From contig CAVXXK010000001.1 in the NCBI GenBank assembly GCA_963765675.1, positions 32,001 to 96,000 on the forward strand: a DNA stretch of 64,000 nucleotides, read 5' to 3'. Shown piece after piece: positions 39,526 to 49,620 of the stretch. The notes beneath the pieces were generated by a model. The model saw only the letters and a list, made by a program, of their open reading frames with translations, was not told the DNA's origin and made no database searches. The DNA comes from an uncultured delta proteobacterium. GTDB taxonomy: Bacteria; Desulfobacterota; Binatia; Binatales; Binataceae. A program made the position numbers and the translations under genes. Each line of letters starts with the position of its first letter. Position 1 is the stretch's first letter.

Positions 39526-41100
39526 TTAAAAAGCCCCGCGGGCTCGCGGCCTGGCCGCGGTTTCGTAGTGTTCGCGAATCGCCCCGATCAACGCCGGAAC
39601 CGTGTATTCCGAGGGCTGCACCACAACTTTGAACCCGCGCGCGACCGCGGTCGCCGCCGTGATTGGACCGATCACCGCAGCGTTGAGTCCGCGAGCAGAG
39701 GCGCCGACCAGGTCGCAAAAATTCTCGACCGTGCTCGAGCTTGTGAATGCGACGAGATCGATCTCTCCGGCCGCCACCATCGCGCGGATCCTCGCGGACT
39801 GCGCGCCCGATGGTTTGACTGTGCGATAGACTGGCGCAACTTCTACCATGCGCGCGCCCTGCTCGAGCAGAATTTTCGGCAGAATCTCACGCGCTACCTG
39901 CGCGCGCGGAATCAGGATACTCGCACCGCGAATCCGGCGCGCGCCGATCGCCGGGATAATCGCCTCGGCGCGGTACTCGGACGGCACCGCCGCGACGCGC
40001 AGCGCGTAATGCTCGAGCGCGCGCGCCGTCGCGGGACCGATCGCGCACAGGCGCGCACGTCCGAGGCCGCGCAGATCGTGGCCGAGCGCGCGCAGGCGCG
40101 CGACGAAGCCATCGACCCCGGTCGCACTGGTGAAGATCACCCAGTCGAATTTCTCGATCTTGGCGATCGCGCGGTCCAGCGCGGAGTAGCTTGACGGTTC
40201 CGCAGTGGCGATAGTGGGAAACTCGATCGCGTCAGCTCCGAGGGCGCGCAACTCCATCGCGAATGCGCCGCCGTGGGCGCGCGACCGCGTCACAACGATC
40301 CGCCGACCGAACAGCGGCATCTTCTCGAACCATCCGAGCTCGCCGCGCAGCGCGGCGCATTCGCCCACAACCAGGACGGCCGGTGCGCCGAGCTTTGCGC
40401 GTTCGCATTCAGCCGCCAGCGTCTTGAGAGTCGCCAGTACCGTCGCCTGCGCGGCGGTCGTGCCCCACTGGACGGCGGCGGCGGGTGTCGCGTCGGGAAG
40501 GCCTGCGGCTGAGAGGCGTGCAAGCACTGAGCGCATCCGCGAGGTGGCCATCAGGATAACGATCGTCCCGCGATTTTTCGCCGCGCGCGCCAGATCGGTC
40601 CACGGTATCGAGCCGCGCGCCGTCTTCGACTCGTCCTCGTGTCCCGTGACGAACGCGACGAACGAACCTAACCGGCGATGCGTCAGCGGGATACCCGCGA
40701 ATGCGGGCGCGGCAATCGCGGACGTGATTCCGGGAACGATCTCGAATTTCACTCCGGCTTTCGCAAGCGCCTGCGCCTCTTCACCGCCGCGGCCGAAGAT
40801 AAACGGATCGCCGCCTTTGAGCCGCACGACCTGATGTCCCTTGCGCGCACGCTCGATAAGCATCCGGTTGATTTCGGCCTGCTCGACAATTTCTCCGCCA
40901 CCGCTCTTCTTTCCGGCGTAAATCAATTCCGCGCCGGAGGGCGCGAGTTCGAGCAATTCGGGATTCACCAGATTGTCGTACAGAACCACCTCGGCGCGCC
41001 CGAGGCACTGCGCGCCGCGAACGGTTATCAGGTCCGGCGCGCCGGGTCCGGCGCCAACCAGATATACTGTGCCGGCGCGCGCGCTCCCGCGCTCACTCAT
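39526..41100 (-). CDS. cobA: Uroporphyrinogen-III C-methyltransferase / uroporphyrinogen-III synthase fusion
   Basis: GAGPG, RLKGGDPFIFGRGGEE; C-terminal HemD domain with IFTS, IGPAT and FTSSST. Confidence 0.92.
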   Translation of the reverse strand: MSERGSARAGTVYLVGAGPGAPDLITVRGAQCLGRAEVVLYDNLVNPELLELAPSGAELIYAGKKSGGGEIVEQAEINRMLIERARKGHQVVRLKGGDPFIFGRGGEEAQALAKAGVKFEIVPGITSAIAAPAFAGIPLTHRRLGSFVAFVTGHEDESKTARGSIPWTDLARAAKNRGTIVILMATSRMRSVLARLSAAGLPDATPAAAVQWGTTAAQATVLATLKTLAAECERAKLGAPAVLVVGECAALRGELGWFEKMPLFGRRIVVTRSRAHGGAFAMELRALGADAIEFPTIATAEPSSYSALDRAIAKIEKFDWVIFTSATGVDGFVARLRALGHDLRGLGRARLCAIGPATARALEHYALRVAAVPSEYRAEAIIPAIGARRIRGASILIPRAQVAREILPKILLEQGARMVEVAPVYRTVKPSGAQSARIRAMVAAGEIDLVAFTSSSTVENFCDLVGASARGLNAAVIGPITAATAVARGFKVVVQPSEYTVPALIGAIREHYETAARPRARGAF

Positions 41101-42067
41101 CGGCGATCAACGCCTTCGCGCCGCGCGCGAGCATCCGCTCGGCCAGCGCCCGTCCGGCGCCAGCCGCGATCGGTGGCGACAGATTGAACTCTACCGGCGC
41201 TTCCAGATCGTCGGCGATCGACTGCTTGCCGTCCGGGCTGAAGAGGATCGCGCGAATCGAGAGCTTCTCGTCGTCGGCGATCGCGCGCACTCCGAGCGGC
41301 GTGGTGCATGAAGCTCCAAGCTTTGCCAGAAACGCACGCTCGGCCGCAGTCTCGTAATGCGCACGCGAATCGTCGAGAGCTTCGAGCGCGCCGCCAAGCT
41401 CTGCCGAAATTCCGCTGGAACGGATTTCGATCGCAAGGGCGCCTTGCCCTCCGGCCGGTATGAAATCGCGCTCATCGAGGATCGTGAATTTGATCTCGGC
41501 CGCCCGCCCGAGGCGATTGAGTCCCGCAGCCGCGATTATGATCGCATCGAAGGTGCCCTCAGCCACTTTTTTGAGCCGCGTATCGACATTGCCGCGCAGC
41601 GCAACGATTTCGAGCGCGGGATTTTTTCGCAGCGCCTGAAATCGCCGCCGCATTGAGGAGGTTCCAACCCGCGCGCCCGCCGGCAATGCGGCAAAATCGC
41701 CACCCGCCGCCGACACCAGGATATCGCACACGTCCTCGCGCTCCGGCACCGCCGCAATTCGGAAACCGTCGGGAAGCACCGCGGGTAGATCCTTCATCGA
41801 ATGCACCGCGAGATCGATCTTCCCGTCGGCGAGCGCCTGCTCGAGCTCGCGGATGAAAAGCCCCTTGCCTCCCACGCGTGCGAGCGACGCGTCCTTCATT
41901 TTGTCGCCACTGGTGCGAATCGGAGTGATCTCGATCGCTTTGCCCGGCATAACCGCCGCCAGGCGCGACTTGACGTACTCGGCTTGTGCTGTCGCGAGCG
42001 CGCTCGGACGCGTCCCGATTCTGATTGTGGCAAGTTTTGACGCGCGCGCGCCCGGACTAGAACTCAT
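41093..42067 (-). CDS. hemC: Hydroxymethylbilane synthase
   Basis: IGTR.S.LA, GGKGLF, AVHSMKD and LRGNVDTRL motifs. Confidence 0.95.
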   Translation of the reverse strand: MSSSPGARASKLATIRIGTRPSALATAQAEYVKSRLAAVMPGKAIEITPIRTSGDKMKDASLARVGGKGLFIRELEQALADGKIDLAVHSMKDLPAVLPDGFRIAAVPEREDVCDILVSAAGGDFAALPAGARVGTSSMRRRFQALRKNPALEIVALRGNVDTRLKKVAEGTFDAIIIAAAGLNRLGRAAEIKFTILDERDFIPAGGQGALAIEIRSSGISAELGGALEALDDSRAHYETAAERAFLAKLGASCTTPLGVRAIADDEKLSIRAILFSPDGKQSIADDLEAPVEFNLSPPIAAGAGRALAERMLARGAKALIADE

Positions 42068-43409
42068 CGTCCTGGTCGTCCTGATCATCCTGATCGTCGG
42101 CGCCTAATGCTTCCAGCTCAGCGCTGGCGGCGGAGATCTCGCCGCACAGAAGCTTGCGCGCGACTTCGGCCGCGTATGCGCCCTCGGCGGCGTTTGCGCC
42201 GCTGGTACGCAGGCCCTGCAAAATCCGATGCAGCAGCTTGTTGGTGAGGCCGCGGGTCAGCACCTCGACCCGCTCGCGCTCGGCAGGTTCGAGCGCCGAG
42301 AGCCATCCGCGATGCCGCCCCATTTCGAGGTCGCGCAGACGGTCGATACTGTAGCGGATATCCTTGATCGTCGGCACGAGATCGAGCCCGTTCATCCAGC
42401 GCCAGAACGCTTCGAGTTCGAGTTCGACGATCTCCTCGGCCTTCGCGGCTTCGCGTTCGCGTTCGGCGCGCGATTTGTGCACCACCTGCGCGAGATCGTC
42501 GATATCGTAGAGGTAAACGTTTTCGAGCGAGTTCATCCGCTCGTCGAAGTTGCGCGGCACGCCGAGATCGATCAGGAAGATCGGCTTGTAGCGCCGCTCC
42601 TTTATGATCGTTTCGAATTCATCGAGTGCGATTACCGGACGCGTCACCGCGACCGAACCGATCACGACGTCGGCAATCTTGAGATAGGGCCTGTAGTTGT
42701 CGAACGGGACCGCGGTGCCGCCAAGCTCGCGCGCGAGCGCGACCGCGTGATCGAAAGTGCGCGAGGTGATGATGAGCGATTCGATTCCGATCGCGCGCAA
42801 TTGCCGCGCGGTCAGCTCCGCCATCTTTCCCGCCCCCATCAGCATCACGGTCTTGTCTTTGAGCGAGTCGAAAATCTGTCCGGCCAGCGCCACCGCAGCC
42901 GCGCTCACCGAGACCGAGCCGTGCCCGATGAGAGTTGCCTTGCGAATTCTCTTGGCGACCGTGAAGCCCTTGTGGAATGCGCGATGCAGCACCAGCCCGA
43001 CGGTGCCCGCCTCCGCCGCGTTCGCGTACGCGAGCTTCACCTGGCCCAAAATCTGCGGCTCTCCGACCATCATCGAGTCCAGGCTCGCGCCGACGCGAAA
43101 CAGATGCCGCGCGGCCTCGCGCCCCGTCAGGCGATAGAGCGCGGGGGCGAACGCCTCGAGCGCGACTGCGCGATCAGTCGCGATAAATTCAGCCGCGTCC
43201 GCCAGTGCGCGCTCGCAATCCGCGGCGACGCCGACAATCTCAACCCGATTGCAGGTCGAGAGGATTGCCGCTTCGCTGATCGACGCCACGCGCTCCCTCA
43301 GGCGCACGAGCGCCGGCGCGATATCGCCGTCCGCGTACGCCAGCCGCTCGCGCACCGCGACCGCGGCAGTGCGATGGTTCAGCCCGAGTATGAAGAGATT
43401 CTGCTCCAT
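42057..43409 (-). CDS. hemA: Glutamyl-tRNA reductase
   Basis: STCNRVE, SLDSMMVGEPQILGQVK and GAGKM motifs. Confidence 0.96.
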   Translation of the reverse strand: MEQNLFILGLNHRTAAVAVRERLAYADGDIAPALVRLRERVASISEAAILSTCNRVEIVGVAADCERALADAAEFIATDRAVALEAFAPALYRLTGREAARHLFRVGASLDSMMVGEPQILGQVKLAYANAAEAGTVGLVLHRAFHKGFTVAKRIRKATLIGHGSVSVSAAAVALAGQIFDSLKDKTVMLMGAGKMAELTARQLRAIGIESLIITSRTFDHAVALARELGGTAVPFDNYRPYLKIADVVIGSVAVTRPVIALDEFETIIKERRYKPIFLIDLGVPRNFDERMNSLENVYLYDIDDLAQVVHKSRAEREREAAKAEEIVELELEAFWRWMNGLDLVPTIKDIRYSIDRLRDLEMGRHRGWLSALEPAERERVEVLTRGLTNKLLHRILQGLRTSGANAAEGAYAAEVARKLLCGEISAASAELEALGADDQDDQDDQDDEF

Positions 43410-43412
43410 CGC

Positions 43413-44240
43413 CTAACCGAAACTGCCTCCGTGCTTGCCCGGATAAATCAGCGACACGCCCACGAACGAACCCACCAGTACCACGAAAACGACGATTGTC
43501 AGCGCAGCGGCGCGCCGCCCGCGCCATCCTACCGTCAGCCGCGATTCGAGCAGGCCGGCGTAGAGGATCCAGATCGCGAGCGACCACGACTCGACCGGCT
43601 CCCATGACCAGAAATGGCCCCAGGTCGCATCCGCCCAAATCGCGCCGGTCACGATCGCGAGGCTCAGCAGCGCGAAACCCCATCCGAGCAGCGAATAGTT
43701 GATCCGGTCAAGCTTCTCGAGGCTCGGCAGCCGCTCTGACGGCGGACCGAGCGGGCGCTTGGCCTTGAGCCGCGATTCATACGCCAGATACACCAAGCTC
43801 ACGCTGGCTGCCAGCACGAACATCGAGTAGCCCAAAATCGCGAGCGTGACGTGGATCGGCAGCCACACGCTTTGCAGGGTCGCGGGCAGCACGATCCTGC
43901 CGCCTTTCATAATGATTGTCGACGCACCCAGGGCGAGCGCCACTGCCGCGGCCGTGTACGCGCCGATCGCGGCCATCTGCAGCCTGACGATCAAAATCAA
44001 TCCGGCCAGAGCAGTCAGCCACGCCAGAAACGACAACGCCTGCGGAAAGTTCGCGACCGGGATATTGCCGGCCTGGAGTCCGCGCGTCGCCAGATCGAAC
44101 GCGTGAAAAACCGCGCCCGCACCAAGCAGCAAGGTGGCCCATCCGGACGCGCGCGAGACTCGCGCGACCCGGCCAACGATAAAAATCGCCGCCGCGAGCG
44201 CGTAACAAACCAGCGCCGGTGCGAGCCACAACGTTTCCAT
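43413..44240 (-). CDS. ccsA: Cytochrome c assembly protein CcsA/HemX-like
   Basis: TGAIWA..WG.FWSWEPVE tryptophan-rich motif; position in the hem operon. Confidence 0.8.
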   Translation of the reverse strand: METLWLAPALVCYALAAAIFIVGRVARVSRASGWATLLLGAGAVFHAFDLATRGLQAGNIPVANFPQALSFLAWLTALAGLILIVRLQMAAIGAYTAAAVALALGASTIIMKGGRIVLPATLQSVWLPIHVTLAILGYSMFVLAASVSLVYLAYESRLKAKRPLGPPSERLPSLEKLDRINYSLLGWGFALLSLAIVTGAIWADATWGHFWSWEPVESWSLAIWILYAGLLESRLTVGWRGRRAAALTIVVFVVLVGSFVGVSLIYPGKHGGSFG

Positions 44241-44266
44241 AATAATCAGACGGCACTCAGCGGCGA

Positions 44267-44980
44267 TCAGCCGCCGCTCGAGGCCTCATGCGGCGCGAAG
44301 CGGAACCACTCGCGCGCGTCCTCGCCCGTGCCCTTCGCGAGCGTATCAAGCCCTACGCCAAGATGTGCCATCAGAATCCGCTCGACAGCCGCGCGATCGC
44401 CGGCGCGCAACTGGCCGGTGAGATCCGACGCCGCCAGCGCCGCGAGCTTTCTTCCGCGCGAAGAAATATCGTCGTCGTTCGCCAACAGAAACTCGCGCGC
44501 GACGCGCAACAGCTTGAGCGCCACTGCGTATTCCCATCCGAACTGATCCTCGAGCTCGCGCCGGATTCGCGCCGCCGTGGCGGGACTCGCGCCCGAGGTC
44601 GACACTGCTATTTGCAAATCGCCGCGCCGCACGACCGCGGGCGCGATAAAGTCGCACAGCTCGGGCTCGTCCGCGACGTTGAGCATGACGCCAAGCTCGC
44701 GCGCTTCAGCCGAGATCTCGCGATGCACTCCCGGATCATCAGTAGCGGCGAATGCGAGGTCGAATCCGCGCAGGTCGCCGCGCTTCCATTTGCGCGCGTG
44801 ATAAGTGATCGCCGCCGATTCGGCCAGGATCGCCAACTCCCGCACCAGCCGCGGGCTGATGACGGTGACCTGCGCTCCCGCCGCGAGCAGTTGCGTGACC
44901 TTGCGCGCGGCAATATCGCCGCCGCCGACCACCACGCATCGGCGCCGTTCCATCGCGAGAAATATCGGCAGATAGCCCAT
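44267..44980 (-). CDS. Precorrin-2 dehydrogenase/sirohydrochlorin ferrochelatase (CysG N-terminal/SirC-like)
   Basis: VVGGG.IA.RK, NVAD.PELCDF and STSGASP motifs. Confidence 0.9.
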   Translation of the reverse strand: MGYLPIFLAMERRRCVVVGGGDIAARKVTQLLAAGAQVTVISPRLVRELAILAESAAITYHARKWKRGDLRGFDLAFAATDDPGVHREISAEARELGVMLNVADEPELCDFIAPAVVRRGDLQIAVSTSGASPATAARIRRELEDQFGWEYAVALKLLRVAREFLLANDDDISSRGRKLAALAASDLTGQLRAGDRAAVERILMAHLGVGLDTLAKGTGEDAREWFRFAPHEASSGG

Positions 44981-45091
44981 CGAATCAGGCTGATTCTAGT
45001 ACAGGCGGTAAATCCTAGACAGTCCCGCCGCAATGCCCGTATTGACGACCCTGCCGCGCGCGCCGACAATCTGGCGGGTTACACAGCCATC

Positions 45092-45472
45092 ATGGAGCAT
45101 CCGCTGCGCGCGATTAATCGCACTCGGAGCACCGTCGTGTGCGAATTCCTGGAGGACGCGGGCGGCCTGAGCGGACAGAGCCGCGGGCTGCTCGGGCGCG
45201 AGCGCCTCGATCCGGGCCACGGGTTGCTGTTCAACAATGGCCGCTTCACGCCGTTCATGTGGATGCACATGTTCTTCATGAAGTTCGCGATCGACATCGT
45301 ATTTCTCGGCCGCGGCGGACGGGTGCTCAAGATCAGCCACGTGCTTAAGCCGTGGCGAGTATCCGCGATGGTCTTTGGCGCGCGCCAGGCGCTCGAAATC
45401 GAAGCGGGCGCCGCGGCCGCGAGCGGCACGCAGATCGGCGACATCGTCGAGCTCGAGCCGCGCACCGCCTGA
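45092..45472 (+). CDS. DUF192 family protein
   Basis: RGLLGR, HMFFMKFAIDIVFL and ALEIEAG motifs. Confidence 0.85.
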   Translation: MEHPLRAINRTRSTVVCEFLEDAGGLSGQSRGLLGRERLDPGHGLLFNNGRFTPFMWMHMFFMKFAIDIVFLGRGGRVLKISHVLKPWRVSAMVFGARQALEIEAGAAAASGTQIGDIVELEPRTA

Positions 45473-45528
45473 GCCTCTCGCGATTCACTTTGGATCAACC
45501 CTGCGGGAATCCGCTATGCTCGCGCGTC

Positions 45529-46452
45529 ATGGGGATCGCGGACACTACTGACAGCGAGCCGTGGCATTTTGAGAAGCTCGTCCTCGCCTCCGGACTGAAC
45601 ATGCGGATCGCGCGTGCGGGCGCCGTCGGAGCGCCGATGGTTGTGATGCTGCACGGATTTCCGGAGTGCTGGTACTCGTGGCGGCATCAGCTACGCGCAC
45701 TGTCGAGCTCGTTCGATTGCGTGGTTCCGGAGATGCGCGGCTATGGCGAGACCGACGCGCCGCACGGAGTTGCGAATTACACCCTCGACAAGCTGGTTGG
45801 CGACGTTGCCGATCTGGTGCACGCGCTCGGGCGCGAGCGTGCCGTGATCGTCGGACACGATTGGGGCGGAGGCGTCGCGTGGGCGACCGCGCTCAAGCGG
45901 CCCGAGGTCGTCGAGCGGCTAATCGTGCTGAACTGCCCGCATCTGAAGCGGATGTCCGAGGAGCTCCGGCACAACCCGCGCCAGATGATGCGGAGCTGGT
46001 ACATGGCGTTCTTCCAGCTTCCGTGGCTGCCGGAGGCGATGTTCCGTGCAGGGAATTTTCGCGCACTCGACCGCGCGCTTAAGGGCAACTCGATCCGCAA
46101 GGACGCGATCACCGACAACGACCTGCGCTACTTCCACGAAGCGTTTCGCAATCCTTACTCGATGACCGCCGCGATCAATTACTATCGCGCCAACTTCCGC
46201 TCCGGGTTCATGGCGCGGACCGGAAGCGACGACTGGATCGATCGCAAGATCGCGGCGCCGACGATGCTCATCTGGGGCGAGCAGGATTTCGCGCTCGGCA
46301 AGGAGCTCACCTACAACATGGAGCCGCTGTTCACCGGACCCTTCGAGATCGACTATATCCCGAGCGCGGGCCACTGGGTGCAGCAGGAAGAGCCCGAGCT
46401 GGTGAGCGCCTACATGCGCGAGTTTCTCAAACCGCTGCTCGCGTCCAGGTAA
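45529..46452 (+). CDS. Alpha/beta hydrolase (epoxide hydrolase-like)
   Basis: HGFPECWYSWRHQ, GHDWGG and GHWVQQE motifs. Confidence 0.9.
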   Translation: MGIADTTDSEPWHFEKLVLASGLNMRIARAGAVGAPMVVMLHGFPECWYSWRHQLRALSSSFDCVVPEMRGYGETDAPHGVANYTLDKLVGDVADLVHALGRERAVIVGHDWGGGVAWATALKRPEVVERLIVLNCPHLKRMSEELRHNPRQMMRSWYMAFFQLPWLPEAMFRAGNFRALDRALKGNSIRKDAITDNDLRYFHEAFRNPYSMTAAINYYRANFRSGFMARTGSDDWIDRKIAAPTMLIWGEQDFALGKELTYNMEPLFTGPFEIDYIPSAGHWVQQEEPELVSAYMREFLKPLLASR

Positions 46453-46475
46453 ATGCTCTCTGTGAGGTACTGACG

Positions 46476-46856
46476 ATGGAAAAGGTGATGGCGAAGTTCG
46501 ACCACATGGGTCTGCCGGTCACGAATCTGCGGCGCTCGCGCGACTGGTACGTCAAGAATCTGGGCTTCACGGTCGAGTTCGGACACGCCGATGTGATCGC
46601 GATTCAGGATAGCGCCGGCTTCACGATCTTCCTGACCAAGGCGGCCAAGCGGCTTACGGGCGCCAAGTGCACGCTGACGATTCAGGTCAAAGACGTGGAC
46701 CAGAAATCGCGCGAGCTCGAGCGCAGAGGCGTTAAATTCGTCAATACTCCGCGCCGATTGTTCTGGGGCTACGGCGCGGAGCTCCTCGATCCCGACGGCT
46801 ACATGATCAACCTGTGGGATCGCGTCTCGATGCGCCGCGCGTCACGAATGCCTTAG
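46476..46856 (+). CDS. VOC/glyoxalase family protein
   Basis: DH.G..V....S..WY...LGF and WG.....DPDG motifs. Confidence 0.85.
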   Translation: MEKVMAKFDHMGLPVTNLRRSRDWYVKNLGFTVEFGHADVIAIQDSAGFTIFLTKAAKRLTGAKCTLTIQVKDVDQKSRELERRGVKFVNTPRRLFWGYGAELLDPDGYMINLWDRVSMRRASRMP

Positions 46857-46862
46857 CACGCG

Positions 46863-48464
46863 TCAGATCTTCGGCGCGGCTCCCGAGCGCTGCATCTCCT
46901 GATCGAAGCCTGGCGTGATTGCCTGCACGAACGCGTTGCGCACCAGCTCTACGATTGCTTCCCAGGTGCTGACGTCGGGCTGATCGACTTTTCCGGACAG
47001 CTGCACTTCGGTGGCGACGTTGCCGGTCGAGCGATTCTTGAATAGGTGAGCCGCCCCACCAATTAACAATTTGTATGCCTGGGTCGTAAGCGGCTTTCGT
47101 TTATCCTGTTCCCAACTGTAAACCTGCAGGTTGCTGAACAGCGGCTTCACGTAGCCGTGAATCTCGCCCTCGCGCACACCCATCTGCGTATACAGCGAGA
47201 GCGTTCCCGAGGCGACGTCGATTTTTTCATACGCGCGCAGCACGTCGTTGAGCGATACCAGGTTCACATTTTCCGCGCGCGCGTCGATATCGAAATCAGG
47301 CCCGCTCTTTACCGAACGGAAATCTCCGGAAATCGTGGTCGCGCCGGTCCCCATGAGTTTTCCGGTGAGATCGAAGTGCGTAGGCTGCGGCTCGCTGCGA
47401 TTCGAGATCGAGGTCGCCTTCACATTCAGGCTGGTGACGAAAATCTTGTAATTGGGATCCTTGGTCTGGTCGATGTAGGCGAGCGAGCTTCGTCCGATAT
47501 CAAATTCGTCAACCGCGAGCTCCATGGTCTGCGACTTGGCGACTTTTTTCGCACTTTGCTTGACCTCGTCGATTCGGCGCTGCTCGCCGGCTTCAGTTTT
47601 CGGCGAGTGCGTGTAGTCGATATCGACTCCGTCGAGAAAGGCGTATTTCACGCGGGCGCGCTGGACCTTGGGTCCGTACTCGAACTTGCCGTCGCTGGCG
47701 AGAGTTCCGCCGCGAATCGAAAAATTGGCGCGCTTGATCTCCGGCTCGAACTCCGCGAGCGGAACCTGGCGCATCGAGTAGTTTGCTTTGACTGACGCGA
47801 ACGGCTTCTCGAGAAAATTCGCGTGGCCGTCAAGCCGCATCCTGCCGGTTCCGAACGCAACCATCGTCGCATGGATCGGCGACGGGTAGGCGTCCGACGC
47901 CGCGTGGACGTTGCGGATATTGTCGGCATTAAGCTCGAGCTCCGTCACATGCAGCGCGTGATGCGGATCGGTATCGACGTAGACTAAATCGCCATCAACG
48001 ATACTCATACGATTGATCTTGAATGGATATACCGCTTGCAGCGCGTCCTGCCATCCGACCTTTGATAGCGAAACTTTGGCCGACGCCTGCTCTTGGAGCT
48101 GCGGCAAATCGATATGTACCTTCGGCCGCGTGAGCGTCACGTCGGCCACCACGTGCAGCGAAACCAGTTCGCTCCACTGGATATGCACGTAGAGAATCGG
48201 AAGATCGGCGACCGCGGGATGCGGATGCGCGTCCTGGCGCACAATCAGATTGGACAAGGTGAGCGCTCCGCCGAGCAATTGCAGATGCGCGTGGCCGAGG
48301 GTCGTGTGGTAGCCGGTCAGCTTCGCATTCATCGCGCTTTCCATCCGTCCGCGCAGAAATGGATCGATCAGGTACGACGCCGCAAAAATCGCGACCACCA
48401 GGACGACGACAGCGACGATCCAGCGCGCGGCGCGCGTTGGAGGTGATTGCGGTGACGAACTCAT
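46863..48464 (-). CDS. DUF748/AsmA-like protein
   Basis: N-terminal TM, repeated beta-rich domains, GYVKPLF and NAFVQAI motifs. Confidence 0.75.
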   Translation of the reverse strand: MSSSPQSPPTRAARWIVAVVVLVVAIFAASYLIDPFLRGRMESAMNAKLTGYHTTLGHAHLQLLGGALTLSNLIVRQDAHPHPAVADLPILYVHIQWSELVSLHVVADVTLTRPKVHIDLPQLQEQASAKVSLSKVGWQDALQAVYPFKINRMSIVDGDLVYVDTDPHHALHVTELELNADNIRNVHAASDAYPSPIHATMVAFGTGRMRLDGHANFLEKPFASVKANYSMRQVPLAEFEPEIKRANFSIRGGTLASDGKFEYGPKVQRARVKYAFLDGVDIDYTHSPKTEAGEQRRIDEVKQSAKKVAKSQTMELAVDEFDIGRSSLAYIDQTKDPNYKIFVTSLNVKATSISNRSEPQPTHFDLTGKLMGTGATTISGDFRSVKSGPDFDIDARAENVNLVSLNDVLRAYEKIDVASGTLSLYTQMGVREGEIHGYVKPLFSNLQVYSWEQDKRKPLTTQAYKLLIGGAAHLFKNRSTGNVATEVQLSGKVDQPDVSTWEAIVELVRNAFVQAITPGFDQEMQRSGAAPKI

Positions 48465-48629
48465 CGTGATGCTGTCGCCGTCATTGCATCGCTCTGCTTA
48501 TTTCTTTTCGGGCCGGGCCGAGCCCGGAAATTTCTGCCGGTTTCCATATTCCTGATAGCCGCGCATCTGCGATTTGATAGGTTCGATCGCAACTCGCGGC
48601 TGATTACTCGCGGATGGCGCTTTGGTATC

Positions 48630-49538
48630 GTGCAGGGCGTGCAAAAACCGAACCATCGCTATTACCGCTCGTTTCCCGGCATTTTCTGCCCTCGCACGAA
48701 CCGCCTCGCGGTATTCGCGCTGCTGATTGCGTCCTCGGCGCTGATGCTTTCGCTCGCGGCCGCGCCGTCCGCGTCCGCCGACGACAGCGTGCCCTCGCAG
48801 ACGCTGCGCAATGTCGCCGGAATCGTGGCGCATCGCAATGGCCATTCGGTTCCGATCGGCACAGCATTTTTCGTCTCGGTACCGAGCAGAGTATTCGAGG
48901 GTCGCTCGTTTGTTTACGTCGTGACCGCGCATCACAACCTGCTCGATTCCGCCGGCCAGCCCGCCGCCGGACTGTTCCTCACGCTCGAGGATTCTGGCAC
49001 CGGCGCGATGCGCGAAGAGGCGCTGCCGCCGGAATCACGATGGGTCCTTGATCCGGTGACGCAGAATTCCGACGTCGCGGCGACTCCGCTGAATCCCGCG
49101 GGCGCCCGAATCGCGCCGATCTCGCTCGATTCGATCATGGTATCGAGCGCCGAGATGAACGCTCTCGCCGACACCGGCGCGCAGGCCTACTACCTGACTG
49201 CCGCGAGCGCCGGGATCGCGCATCCGCGGTTCGAAGCGCTGGCGAGGTTCGGGCGCGTGTCGGTCTCGCGTCCCGTCGACGCCGAGGTTCCGGGCGCCGG
49301 AACGCAGCAGCTATGCTTCATGGACGGCGGCATCACGCCCGGCTTTTCGAGCGGCGCGCCGGTGTTCGTGCAGGCTGGCCTGCGCTTCGTGCTGTGGGGA
49401 ATCCTGGAATCGTCCAACTCAGCCAGCGATTCGCCGGTGTTCGAGGGACTCTCCGGAGTGCTGCCGGCGAGTTACGTCGCGGAGACGGTGATGGCGATGG
49501 CGGAGGCGCAGGAGAAAGGCCTGCAGAAGAAGAAGTAG
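48630..49538 (+). CDS. Secreted trypsin-like serine protease domain protein
   Basis: GTAFFV, VVTAHH, D and GFSSGAPVF triad-like motifs; signal peptide; start uncertain. Confidence 0.6.
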   Translation: MQGVQKPNHRYYRSFPGIFCPRTNRLAVFALLIASSALMLSLAAAPSASADDSVPSQTLRNVAGIVAHRNGHSVPIGTAFFVSVPSRVFEGRSFVYVVTAHHNLLDSAGQPAAGLFLTLEDSGTGAMREEALPPESRWVLDPVTQNSDVAATPLNPAGARIAPISLDSIMVSSAEMNALADTGAQAYYLTAASAGIAHPRFEALARFGRVSVSRPVDAEVPGAGTQQLCFMDGGITPGFSSGAPVFVQAGLRFVLWGILESSNSASDSPVFEGLSGVLPASYVAETVMAMAEAQEKGLQKKK

Positions 49539-49620
49539 AGCCGCGCGCGGTTTTATCGCGCCACGGGGCGCGCCACTTGATTTGGTTCGCCAAGCTGGAT
49601 AGCAAAGAAGGTTCCGGTTG

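Noticed and set aside
42060-42100. 9-bp tandem repeat (DDQ)n at the hemA 3' end
   Set aside because: Short low-complexity acidic tail overlapping the hemC start; no evidence of special function
38494-44980. Heme/siroheme operon with ccsA as a novel system
   Set aside because: Common arrangement in Deltaproteobacteria-like lineages
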